From the IMG/VR virus record IMGVR_UViG_3300049580_000022, positions 2,017 through 66,016 of that record: 64,000 bases of DNA, one strand, 5' to 3'. Positions 1 through 7,871 of the stretch are shown here, piece by piece. Position 1 is the first letter of the stretch. The number at the start of each line of letters is the position of its first letter. The stretch comes from a virus (Duplodnaviria; Caudoviricetes). Both the position numbers and the translations under genes were made by a program. The notes beneath the pieces are model-generated. The model saw only the letters and a program-made list of their open reading frames with translations, did not search any database and was not told where the DNA came from.

Positions 1-447
1 TTCGCGCTGTCCTGCACTGTCGGTGTGGCCCAGGGCCACACCGTTCTGACTTGCTCCTGCAAATCCGCGCCGCCCGCCCCGCGCTCCTTGCGTTTCGAGT
101 TTGGCCCCCCCCGTTAAGGTTTTCGGTGTCGCCCATGAAGATACGAGAGCCACCGTTTTGCGCGACGAGTCGTTGTTGCCCGCTTCGTTGTAATTCTCCG
201 TCGCCTTCGCGCCAGCCATAGGAGTCGGCCACCCAGTAGTTCCGATATCGGATGTGCGGCGCGCCCGCACCCGCAGAGCAGAGATTGATGGCCCCGCAGG
301 CATATCTATCTCCTTCCAGATCAGCACGAACTCCGGCGAACCATTCAAGTCCATCTTTGCTCGCAACTTGTTCGCCAAGCACCGTTGGAGGTCTGCGCTC
401 GGAGATAAGCTGGCAAAAAGCGGGCCAGAGGTGTCGTTCGTCGGCAT
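1..447 (-). CDS. Overlapping +1-frame ORF, putative methyltransferase beta polypeptide with WPTP/WATP repeats (partial)
   Basis: MPTNDTSGPLFASLSPSADLQRCLANKLRAKMDLNGSPEFVLIWK...GWPTPMAG...SWATPKTLTGG lies wholly inside the alpha ORF and has no stop codon. Confidence 0.7.
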   Translation of the reverse strand, partial: MPTNDTSGPLFASLSPSADLQRCLANKLRAKMDLNGSPEFVLIWKEIDMPAGPSISALRVRARRTSDIGTTGWPTPMAGAKATENYNEAGNNDSSRKTVALVSSWATPKTLTGGAKLETQGARGGRRGFAGASQNGVALGHTDSAGQRE

Positions 448-724
448 GGCCTTTTCGCGATCCCGCAAGCGAAAGCGGCTGACAGGGACATGAGCCAGTC
501 CAGATGGGCCGGTCGGTTGAGACGCCAGCAAGCGCGAGGGCGAGCGCCCATCCGCCTGCACCTGCGAAGAAGTGGCATTGGGTGTAACCGGTGAGGTCGG
601 AGGCTTTGACATCGAGAATACTCCTGTTGTCCACATCGCCATGCGGAATGAGGCCATCGCGCATAAGCTGTTCGAGCGCCGCGCAAACGAAATCGTCATT
701 ATCGTTGTAGTAAACGCGCCCCAT
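1..724 (-). CDS. DNA (cytosine-5) methyltransferase, phage type, alpha ORF (3'-partial, not in ORF track)
   Basis: Manual translation from ATG 724: MGRVYYNDND...TQCHFFAGAGGW (motif I)...WTGSCPCQPLS (catalytic PC)...GEQV...APHIRYR. The frame is open to the window edge, with a frame disturbance at the G8 run (105-112). Confidence 0.9.
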   Translation of the reverse strand, partial: MGRVYYNDNDDFVCAALEQLMRDGLIPHGDVDNRSILDVKASDLTGYTQCHFFAGAGGWALALALAGVSTDRPIWTGSCPCQPLSLAGSRKGHADERHLWPAFCQLISERRPPTVLGEQVASKDGLEWFAGVRADLEGDRYACGAINLCSAGAGAPHIRYRNYWVADSYGWREGDGELQRSGQQRLVAQNGGSRIFMGDTENLNGGGQTRNARSAGRAARICRSKSERCGPGPHRQCRTAR

Positions 725-725
725 G

Positions 726-2321
726 TCAGCCTGCCATATCGGCGGCGAGCGTATCGAGATTTAGGCTTGGCTGCGCTGGCGTTTGGGAGGTTGCGTAGCT
801 CGGTGCTTCATCACGGATAGCTGAGACTTCCATGCTGCACCATAGATCGAGCGAGAGCTTCGATATGGCGCCGTCACGGTTTTTGTAACCTACGGTGCGG
901 CATGAATTTTCCACCTCGCTCAATTCGGCTCGCCAGTTAATCCACGATTGCGAAACCGTGCCATCCGCATTCTTGTATTCTGGCGGTCGTTGTTCGATGA
1001 ACCATGCCTTGCGGAAGATGGTGAAGAGAATATCCACGGCCTGTTCAATGCCGCCGGACTCCCGGATGTCTGCGACGGTCGGAGGCGATTCCCGTAGCTT
1101 GCCGTTGGCATCGACATCCTTGTTTTTCATCTGCGCCAAGCCCACCAAGTCCCACCCGATATCTTTCACGATGTCGCCCAGCGCGTAGATGATGTCCGTA
1201 ATTTCCTGATCGCGGCGCACATCTCTTCCGCGGCGTGGGTCTTTCAGCTTTTGCACGAAGTCCACGACCAAGCGTCCCTGCTTCTTCGGATACTTCTTTG
1301 CCATCGCGCGGGCACGCATTCTGATGGTCGGCACATCTATGTCGCCTTCATCGCATACCGTGAGAGGCCAAGTTGCAATCTCACGCTGGGCCTCCAAAAG
1401 CTGCTCAATCTCGATGTTTGTGAGATTGCCGGAGCGCAGTTTCCAAGACGGTATGGGAGCAACGCCGTTGTAAATGAGGTGATGATATTCGCAGAGCGTC
1501 CGATTGCTCCACTGCTCGGCGCTCATGTCGGCGGAGATGATAAGCGTGGGGTTGCCGTCTTGTGCGGAAGCCCGGCCTATCACGTTGGCGATGGCGCTCT
1601 TGCCCATGCCGGATCGTGCGGCAATGACCGCCCGGTCGCCGGGCATCAATCCGCCGCCAAGCGCCCGGTCGAGTTTGCCCAAGCCCGTTGAGATACCGCG
1701 TGGCCGTTCGTTGCCATGTTTGAGCCAGCGCTCGGCCCGTTCCAGCGCCCCAAGCATGATGTCGCCGGCTGAGCGTGTGCGGTTGGGCGCATCGGCCCGC
1801 AGGTTCAATATCGCCTCAACGGATTCGGATGCGATCTTGGCCGACGAAAACTCATGTGGTGCCTCATAAGCGGCATTCACGACATCTTCACCAATGCGAA
1901 TAAGCGCCCGCCGCGCGGACAGTTCTTTGAGGATGCGAACAAAGGCTTTCACGTTTGGCATCGCTGGCGCGCTGAGTGCCAGACCCGCAAGGTAGCCATG
2001 GCCGCCCACCTCTACCAAGCCCGGATCGGCCTTCATCTCCGCGTGGAGAATGAGCGGTGTTACTTCGCCCTGCGCAGCGAGAACACAGAGGATTTGGAAT
2101 ATCCGCTGATGAAGAGCCTCGTAGAAATCTTCCTCCCGCAGGCTCGCTGCGGCTTCATCAATGAAGCTGTTATTGACCAACAGACTGCCAAGAAGAGCTT
2201 GCTCGCATTCGATATCGTAAGGGACATGGCGATATTCCTCAATCATCTCTGCGCCGCTCCCTGAAGCTCTGCGTTCAATTCCCGCTTGGCCTGTTTCCTG
2301 CGCCATCGTTCCTTGCGCCAA
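726..2321 (-). CDS. dnaB: Replicative DNA helicase, DnaB family
   Basis: N-terminal PYDIECEQALLGSLL...DFYEALHQRIF; ISTGLGKLDRALGGGLMPGD; Walker A ARSGMGKS; DIRESGGIEQAVD; KNRDG. Confidence 0.93.
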   Translation of the reverse strand: MAQGTMAQETGQAGIERRASGSGAEMIEEYRHVPYDIECEQALLGSLLVNNSFIDEAAASLREEDFYEALHQRIFQILCVLAAQGEVTPLILHAEMKADPGLVEVGGHGYLAGLALSAPAMPNVKAFVRILKELSARRALIRIGEDVVNAAYEAPHEFSSAKIASESVEAILNLRADAPNRTRSAGDIMLGALERAERWLKHGNERPRGISTGLGKLDRALGGGLMPGDRAVIAARSGMGKSAIANVIGRASAQDGNPTLIISADMSAEQWSNRTLCEYHHLIYNGVAPIPSWKLRSGNLTNIEIEQLLEAQREIATWPLTVCDEGDIDVPTIRMRARAMAKKYPKKQGRLVVDFVQKLKDPRRGRDVRRDQEITDIIYALGDIVKDIGWDLVGLAQMKNKDVDANGKLRESPPTVADIRESGGIEQAVDILFTIFRKAWFIEQRPPEYKNADGTVSQSWINWRAELSEVENSCRTVGYKNRDGAISKLSLDLWCSMEVSAIRDEAPSYATSQTPAQPSLNLDTLAADMAG

Positions 2322-2431
2322 TCATCATCGTATTGGCCTTGATCGAGGCTGTTGTAGAGTATGGATGTGCACGGGTCTTCGCAGAATGCGCGAACGTCGC
2401 GCCACATATCTTTCTTTTCCGCGAGGCTCAT
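2243..2431 (-). CDS. Hypothetical protein
   Basis: Fills the gap between MT-A70 and dnaB. Start uncertain; overlaps the dnaB 5' end. Confidence 0.4.
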   Translation of the reverse strand: MSLAEKKDMWRDVRAFCEDPCTSILYNSLDQGQYDDDWRKERWRRKQAKRELNAELQGAAQR

Positions 2432-2441
2432 GCGGTCGTAA

Positions 2442-3056
2442 TCAAATGCTGTTGCTGTGATCCTGGAATTTTCCGACTTCATTTCCATAGCTATCCCATC
2501 CCTTGCGCGCGTTTCGCGCAAACATTTCCAAATAAGGTCCATCTGCCAGGCGCTCGATGCGCCCATATACGCAGTCCGGTTTTCGGCTGTGCTGGCGCGC
2601 CGGTTCTATGATGCCCATGCGAACGCCAGCATCGTTGCGCTTGGGCTTCCCGCGCGTGGCAAGCAAGCACGGTTCGGTGTTGCTCCGTGTCCAGAAGCCA
2701 AGTTTCATATCGGCTTTGATGGAGTCGTCAAACATGTCCATCTGCATTCCGTTCGCCTTCATCCAATCGAAGCCGGCCGTCTTGTATGTGAAGCCATAAG
2801 CCTCAATACATTCAAGCGCGCGCGGAAGCATCGGCCACGTTGCCCACATCAAAAGGATGCAATCCTTCGCGGCGATGTCCGCGATGGGAAGCGCACACAG
2901 GTCTTCATGCGATAGTGTCTTGTAATGCTTTGTGGCGTTGCGATTGAGGGGCGCATCCGGCGCAGCCTCTTTCCACGGTCGCCAATGCCATGGGAAGTCT
3001 GCGTAGATGACGCGGTAATGGTTGCGCGGTATCGCAGCCAGTTCGGTATAGATCAT
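2442..3056 (-). CDS. MT-A70-family N6-adenine methyltransferase
   Basis: YRVIYADFPW, HYKTLSHEDLCALPIADIAAKDCILLMWAT, GFWTRSNTEPCLLATRGKP, HSRKPD, YLEMFAR..W..YGNE. Start chosen at the ATGA overlap at 3053-3056. Confidence 0.88.
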   Translation of the reverse strand: MIYTELAAIPRNHYRVIYADFPWHWRPWKEAAPDAPLNRNATKHYKTLSHEDLCALPIADIAAKDCILLMWATWPMLPRALECIEAYGFTYKTAGFDWMKANGMQMDMFDDSIKADMKLGFWTRSNTEPCLLATRGKPKRNDAGVRMGIIEPARQHSRKPDCVYGRIERLADGPYLEMFARNARKGWDSYGNEVGKFQDHSNSI

Positions 3057-3295
3057 AGACGCGAGAGCCAGATAAGCGCGTGACTGTCCATGATCTTCCC
3101 CCGTTCGTTCGGATGCTTCTTGACGAAATGATCCGCGCCATTGCGCAAAACCACGTAGCCGCGTTTGCGCAAGGTCATGATGGCCGCATAAACGGTTTTC
3201 CGTTCTGGGTATTTCGAGGGCGATTGCGTCTCGTTGAGCGGCAGACGATCCTGTCTCACAGCAATTTCTCTTGCAGGAATTGGCTGTGTCCCCAC
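3053..3295 (-). CDS. Hypothetical basic protein
   Basis: Its stop overlaps the MT-A70 start (ATGA). GTG start inferred. Confidence 0.5.
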   Translation of the reverse strand: MGTQPIPAREIAVRQDRLPLNETQSPSKYPERKTVYAAIMTLRKRGYVVLRNGADHFVKKHPNERGKIMDSHALIWLSRL

Positions 3296-3768
3296 ACAAG
3301 GATGCACGCGGCTTCGGCGGCGTTATGATCCGTGATGGTCCAGCCCTGCATGGCGCAATAGCGTAGCGCGTGGGCCTTTGGATTTGCCACGCGGCCATCG
3401 CCAAATAAGGCCTTGCGCCACGACTGCGGAGCAACCAGCAACACCTTCTTGGCGCCGCCCTCGATCGCTGCGCCTTGGGCAGCACCGGAAAGCATGACAA
3501 GCGAGCGGTCGCCGTGGGAGCTTGTCTGCACCCATGAGCCATCTTTGCGCTTGCGTTGAATGCCCATGAGAGCGCTTTCCATCACAACAACATCAACGCC
3601 GTTGGCCTTCACGAAGGCGCGCACATTGCCTGCGATGCTGGCGAGTGAGCGAGGCCGCTCTTGATCGCTAAACCCTTTGAGCTTCCATGTGCCCGACAAT
3701 GGGCGTCCGGTTCTTTCACCGAACGCCCATCCGGTCACATTGGCGAGGTCCAATGCGAGACACTTCAC
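3256..3768 (-). CDS. RuvC-like Holliday junction resolvase
   Basis: CLALDLANVTGWA (first acidic residue), VVVMES, VAPQSWRKALFG, DHNAAEAACI. Confidence 0.8.
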   Translation of the reverse strand: MKCLALDLANVTGWAFGERTGRPLSGTWKLKGFSDQERPRSLASIAGNVRAFVKANGVDVVVMESALMGIQRKRKDGSWVQTSSHGDRSLVMLSGAAQGAAIEGGAKKVLLVAPQSWRKALFGDGRVANPKAHALRYCAMQGWTITDHNAAEAACILVWGHSQFLQEKLL

Positions 3769-3771
3769 GGA

Positions 3772-4368
3772 TTATTCCTCTTCTTCGTGTTCGTCGTCTT
3801 CGTGCCAATCACCGTCACCATCGCTGGTGTCGGTGCCCTTCATCACCATGTCTTTCTGGCCCGCGTTCCAGCCACGCATGTATTCGTCGTAGCCTTTCGT
3901 GCCTTCGCCCCAGCGTTTGAGGTTGGCATTGCGACCGTTCTTGCCGTCGCCATAGCCTTCCGCATAAGCCTGCTCTTCGACCGTGCCATACTTGGCTTCG
4001 TAAAGGTCGATCTGCACCGGCAAGCCGCGCAGCTTGGCGAGTCTGCGCATCTCCATAAGCTGCGCAGCCAAGTCTTCGGGGTCGAGCCGTTCCAGCTTCA
4101 TGGTTTCCGTGAAGGCTTGGACGTTCATGCCCATTTCCTTCATCTTCTTCTTGTGATCGCCCACCTTCCCGGAGGCCGACCGCGCTTTCGCCATGAGATG
4201 CAGGAGCGTTTCATAGGCGAATGTTGCGTCTTTGTCGGATGGCAAATTGCTCAGCAACAATTGAGCGCCATGCGATGTCTCAACGGCTTCTTCCTTCGTG
4301 GGCTTCGCGGCGCGGCGTCCCCTTGCGGCTGGCTTCTTCTTGCCAGCAACTTTTCTTCCTTTCGGCAT
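3772..4368 (-). CDS. GapR/DUF2312-like nucleoid protein with C-terminal AYxEGY...YMRGW motif
   Basis: Basic N-terminal tail; KKKMKEMGMNVQAFTETMKLERLDPEDLAAQL resembles the UPF0335 core; AYAEGYGDG...YMRGWNAGQ. Confidence 0.5.
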   Translation of the reverse strand: MPKGRKVAGKKKPAARGRRAAKPTKEEAVETSHGAQLLLSNLPSDKDATFAYETLLHLMAKARSASGKVGDHKKKMKEMGMNVQAFTETMKLERLDPEDLAAQLMEMRRLAKLRGLPVQIDLYEAKYGTVEEQAYAEGYGDGKNGRNANLKRWGEGTKGYDEYMRGWNAGQKDMVMKGTDTSDGDGDWHEDDEHEEEE

Positions 4369-4519
4369 TCATCTTTCTCCGGTGGCGGCAGAGGGTTACG
4401 GAACACAGGCTTGCCGCCAAAGGCCGTGCGCCGAGAAAATGGTCCGTATGCAATTTTGTGCTTGGCAAACCACTTCGCAGGATTTATGCGTGTGCGAGGT
4501 AATTTCCGCAAGAGGCACC
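4369..4519. promoter_or_regulatory. Divergent intergenic region between the replication and recombination arms
   Basis: The coding strand switches here. Non-coding, with an AT-richer core; GAGG Shine-Dalgarno at 4512-4515. Confidence 0.6.
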
Positions 4520-4915
4520 ATGCAACAAAGTATCTTGTCGCTCGCACATCGCGCGCACTTCGCCATCTCGGCCCGTTACAGACGGGCGCTAGGCGATCTG
4601 ACCGACGCTCGTTTCCGCGTTCTGGAAGCTCTGATGGTGGACGAAGTGCCTGTTAGCCAAAGTGTTTTGCTGGGTTATGGCTTCGATACCTCCACCATTT
4701 CCGCAATGCTCCCCACGATGGAGCGCGACGGCCTGATACGAATCGTCCGTGATATGCAGGATCGGCGCCGCCGCATCGTCAGCCTCACACCGGATGGGCG
4801 CAAAGCCTATAAAAAGGCTGCAAAAGCTATCGAGAAGGTGGAGCAAAGTATCCCGGGAATCATACTGAGACAGTGGCGGACGGACCTGGAATCCATCATC
4901 CAATTGGAAGTGTAA
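4520..4915 (+). CDS. MarR-family winged-helix regulator
   Basis: DLTDARFRVLEAL...STISAMLPTMERDGLIRIVRDMQDRRRRIVSLTPDGR; GAGG upstream of ATG 4520. Confidence 0.85.
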   Translation: MQQSILSLAHRAHFAISARYRRALGDLTDARFRVLEALMVDEVPVSQSVLLGYGFDTSTISAMLPTMERDGLIRIVRDMQDRRRRIVSLTPDGRKAYKKAAKAIEKVEQSIPGIILRQWRTDLESIIQLEV

Positions 4916-4918
4916 GCC

Positions 4919-6202
4919 ATGAAGCATCTGGTTCTTGTCGATGCCAGCGGCTTCGCGCACAGGGCATTTCACGCGCTTCCCGCCACATACCGCGCCAAGG
5001 ATGGCTTCCCCACATGGGCAATCCTTGGGTTCATGGACATGGTGTGGAAGATGTTGGGGCGCTTGCAGGCCGACCCGGCGGATTATGGCGCAGCGGTATT
5101 TGACTTTCCGGGCAAGAACTTCCGGCACAAGCTGTTCCCCGAATACAAAGCCAACCGCGCCGCCGGCCGTTCGGAAGAATTGAACGTCCAGCTTCCGGTG
5201 ATGCGCCACGCCGCAGAAGCCTTGGGGCTGTGTCCTATCGAGGCAGAGGGCTACGAGGCGGACGATCTGATTGCGTCTCTGTGCGCTTGGGCGAGAGCGC
5301 AGAACATTCGGACCACCATTGTTTCCTCAGACAAAGACTTCGGCCAGTTGGTGGAGGATGGCTGGGTTGAGATAGCCGACCCCATGAGTCGCAAGCGCGT
5401 GGGTGAGGCGGAAATCAAAGAGCGCTGGGGGGTGAAGCCAAAATTCGTGCCGGAAGTGCAAGCCTTCATGGGTGATTCCGTCGATAACATTCCGGGCATT
5501 CCGGGATGCGGGGACAAGAAAGCCTCGCTGTTGATCCGCCGTTTCAATTCCATCGAAGGGGTGTTGGAAAACCTGAACCTCATTCGCTGGCCTGCGATTG
5601 AGCGGGAGTTGCGCAAGAAGGGCGCGCGCAAGCGGTTGGAGCTTTACCGCGATCTGGCAACGCTGCGGAGCGATGTGGAAATTCCCGTGACGCTGGAAGA
5701 GTTGACGCTCAGCCCAACGCAGCCCTCGCATGTCAAGGAAATCCTGCGTTTCCTGGATGCCGCGCACAAATACGAAGCGATGTTCGGACAGTCCACGGAT
5801 TATGATTTGGTGGCCGACAAGGTGCCAAACCCAAAGCAATGGTGGCGCGATGCCGTTGCGGGGAAGATCGCGCACCTGAATGACACGCCGCTTGTCCCAC
5901 AGGTGGGGTTCTATCAGCGCCGCCTTGTGCGTGGCGGTCCATGGGTGCCGTGCCGTATCTGGCGCGATCCGCAGATGGACTTTGAAACCGAACGCCCCAC
6001 GGGCCGGGACATCATCCGTTGCGAGGTCAACGGCAAGATCGCAAGCCCGGTGCGAGAATGGGACATCCTCTCCCGCTATCCCATCAAGGAAGAGCTATAC
6101 GATTACATGGTGGCGAATGCCGCGTGGGCAAAGCAGCATTCTCCCAACGAAGCGATTGCCCGGCCAACCGAACCGATTAACTGGCTTACCGAACCAGTTT
6201 AA
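4919..6202 (+). CDS. PolA-type 5'-3' exonuclease/flap endonuclease with extra C-terminal domain
   Basis: LVLVDASGFAHRAFHA, FRHKLFPEYKANR, GYEADDLIASL, IVSSDKDFGQL, GDSVDNIPGIPGCG. The last ~130 aa (PQVGFYQRRLVRGGPWVP...) are a different domain. Confidence 0.9.
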   Translation: MKHLVLVDASGFAHRAFHALPATYRAKDGFPTWAILGFMDMVWKMLGRLQADPADYGAAVFDFPGKNFRHKLFPEYKANRAAGRSEELNVQLPVMRHAAEALGLCPIEAEGYEADDLIASLCAWARAQNIRTTIVSSDKDFGQLVEDGWVEIADPMSRKRVGEAEIKERWGVKPKFVPEVQAFMGDSVDNIPGIPGCGDKKASLLIRRFNSIEGVLENLNLIRWPAIERELRKKGARKRLELYRDLATLRSDVEIPVTLEELTLSPTQPSHVKEILRFLDAAHKYEAMFGQSTDYDLVADKVPNPKQWWRDAVAGKIAHLNDTPLVPQVGFYQRRLVRGGPWVPCRIWRDPQMDFETERPTGRDIIRCEVNGKIASPVREWDILSRYPIKEELYDYMVANAAWAKQHSPNEAIARPTEPINWLTEPV

Positions 6203-6210
6203 CCAACCAC

Positions 6211-6222
6211 GAAAGACGAAAG
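6211..6222 (+). promoter_or_regulatory. GAAAGACGAAAG leader motif, copy 1
   Basis: Exact 12-mer, 11 nt before ATG 6234. Confidence 0.65.
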
Positions 6223-6233
6223 AAAGAAGACCC

Positions 6234-7415
6234 ATGACAGACGAAACCTCAGCCCCTATTGGGCACAACTCGCAAGAGACGCTTCCTACCGTCGATGCGC
6301 TCATTGACGATCTGACCGAGCGCAACAAAGATGCGCTTGAACATGTGGATGCGCTGCTGGAACGCGGCCAAGAATTTCTCGTTATCGAGAACGATGAACA
6401 GGATGCGCAAGCCACCGAGTTCATGGTGAAGGTGCGCGCCCGCTGGAAGGCCAGCGAGGCCGAGCGTGTGGCGGAGAAAGCGCCTTACGATGATCGCGCG
6501 GGTGCCATCCATGCGTTCTTCAAGACCCGCATTCTGGACCTCATTGGATTGGCGCCGGCGAACAAGGATGAATCGTTCGATCCGACACAGCGCGCGGACC
6601 TTGGTATCGGCCCGCGGGTGAACATGGCGCAGACGATCTACAAGCGCCGCAAGGTCGAAGAGGAACGCAAGCGCCGCGAAGAAGAGGCGCGCAAGCTCCG
6701 GGAGGCCGAGGAAGCCGCGCGCCGGGCGCGGGAGGTGGAAGCCCAACGCCAGCGTGAGGAAGAGGAACGGGCGCGCAGGGCCCGTGAGGAAGCCGAGCGC
6801 AAGGCCCGTGAAGAGGCCGAGCGCGCCAAGCGGGAGGCGGATGCCGCAGCGGCCAAAGCCCGTCAGGAGGCCGAGGAAGCCGCCGCAGCCGCAGCCCGCA
6901 AGCGGAACGCCTCCGCCAAGGCCGAAGCCGAAAAGGCCGCTCAGGAGGTCCGCAAGGCCGCTCAGGAGCGCGAGGAAGCCGCCCGGAAGGAAGCCGAGCG
7001 GCTGGCGCAAGAAGAGGCTGAGCGCCGCCGCAAGGCCGCTGTGGCGGAAGCGGAAGCCCAGGCACGGGAAGAAGAGCGCCAACGCAAGGCCCGTGAGGAA
7101 GAGAACCGGCTGGCCGAAGAGCGCGCCAAGGCCGAAGCGGCTGCGGCTGCGACTGCGGCGGAGATGTCCCGCAACCGCGGGCAGAAAGGTGGTGTGTCCA
7201 GCCTGCGCACCCGCGTCACCTTCCGGGACGTGGATCGTGAAAAGCTCGATTACGCCAAACTTGGCCCATATTTCAAAGACGATCACATCAAGGTCGCGCT
7301 CAACGCCTTCAAGGATGCCAACAAGGCGACGGTCCAGAATGGCATCAAGACCGGCAACCAGCCGATTGATGGGGTGATCTTCTACGAAGACACCGTGAAC
7401 AGTGGGAGGGCGTGA
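6234..7415 (+). CDS. Phage recombination-module coiled-coil protein (PIGHN N-terminus) with long E/R/K/A helix
   Basis: MTDETSAPIGHNS...ERVAEKAPY; ~150 aa of EEAERKAREEA-type repeats; C-terminal SSLRT...IDGVIFYED. Confidence 0.75.
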   Translation: MTDETSAPIGHNSQETLPTVDALIDDLTERNKDALEHVDALLERGQEFLVIENDEQDAQATEFMVKVRARWKASEAERVAEKAPYDDRAGAIHAFFKTRILDLIGLAPANKDESFDPTQRADLGIGPRVNMAQTIYKRRKVEEERKRREEEARKLREAEEAARRAREVEAQRQREEEERARRAREEAERKAREEAERAKREADAAAAKARQEAEEAAAAAARKRNASAKAEAEKAAQEVRKAAQEREEAARKEAERLAQEEAERRRKAAVAEAEAQAREEERQRKAREEENRLAEERAKAEAAAAATAAEMSRNRGQKGGVSSLRTRVTFRDVDREKLDYAKLGPYFKDDHIKVALNAFKDANKATVQNGIKTGNQPIDGVIFYEDTVNSGRA

Positions 7416-7657
7416 TGGCCGAGAGAATGGGTGTCTGTTCAGGGTGCGTTTTCTTCCAGTCCAATCCGAAGCTGGACGGAACGACCTTTGAAGGCGGAAC
7501 ATGCCGGATCAATCCGCCAGTCGTGCCATTCATGGATGTGCGGATATTTCTGGATGACGGCCAAGAAAATTCTAGTTCCACGCTTTCCAGCGGCTGGCCG
7601 CACACGCCGTATGATGGATGGTGCGGAAAGTTTGAGGCGCGCCGTGGACAAGGATAG
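7412..7657 (+). CDS. Small Cys-rich phage protein
   Basis: CSGC...GTCRINPP...WPHTPYDGWCGKF; GTGA overlap with the upstream gene. Confidence 0.65.
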   Translation: MMAERMGVCSGCVFFQSNPKLDGTTFEGGTCRINPPVVPFMDVRIFLDDGQENSSSTLSSGWPHTPYDGWCGKFEARRGQG

Positions 7658-7853
7658 CGTCCATCTCGCACTCGGAAAGCACTTCGGCCATCCGGTGTCG
7701 CGCGAGCTTGCCATTGTGATGACGGCTATCCTGGCGCTTCCGAAGGATGACCGTTGCCGGATCGCGGATGCCTGCGAGGCATTCTTTTGCCCGCGGTGCG
7801 GCCAAGAAGACCCGACATCAGTTCACTTATTTTTCTGCGGCTTTGACGATTAA
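7644..7853 (+). CDS. Hypothetical protein (CPRC motif)
   Basis: GTG start overlapping the upstream stop; fills the gap before recT. Confidence 0.5.
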   Translation: MDKDSVHLALGKHFGHPVSRELAIVMTAILALPKDDRCRIADACEAFFCPRCGQEDPTSVHLFFCGFDD

Positions 7854-7871
7854 CCGAACGAGGAACCCATA

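Noticed and set aside
21-43. Perfect 10-bp inverted repeat as a terminator
   Set aside because: It lies inside doubly coding methyltransferase sequence and has no U-tract.
3057-3542. N-terminal extension of the MT-A70 ORF given in the track
   Set aside because: It overlaps the RuvC-like and small genes in other frames; the ATGA-coupled start at 3056 fits the family length.
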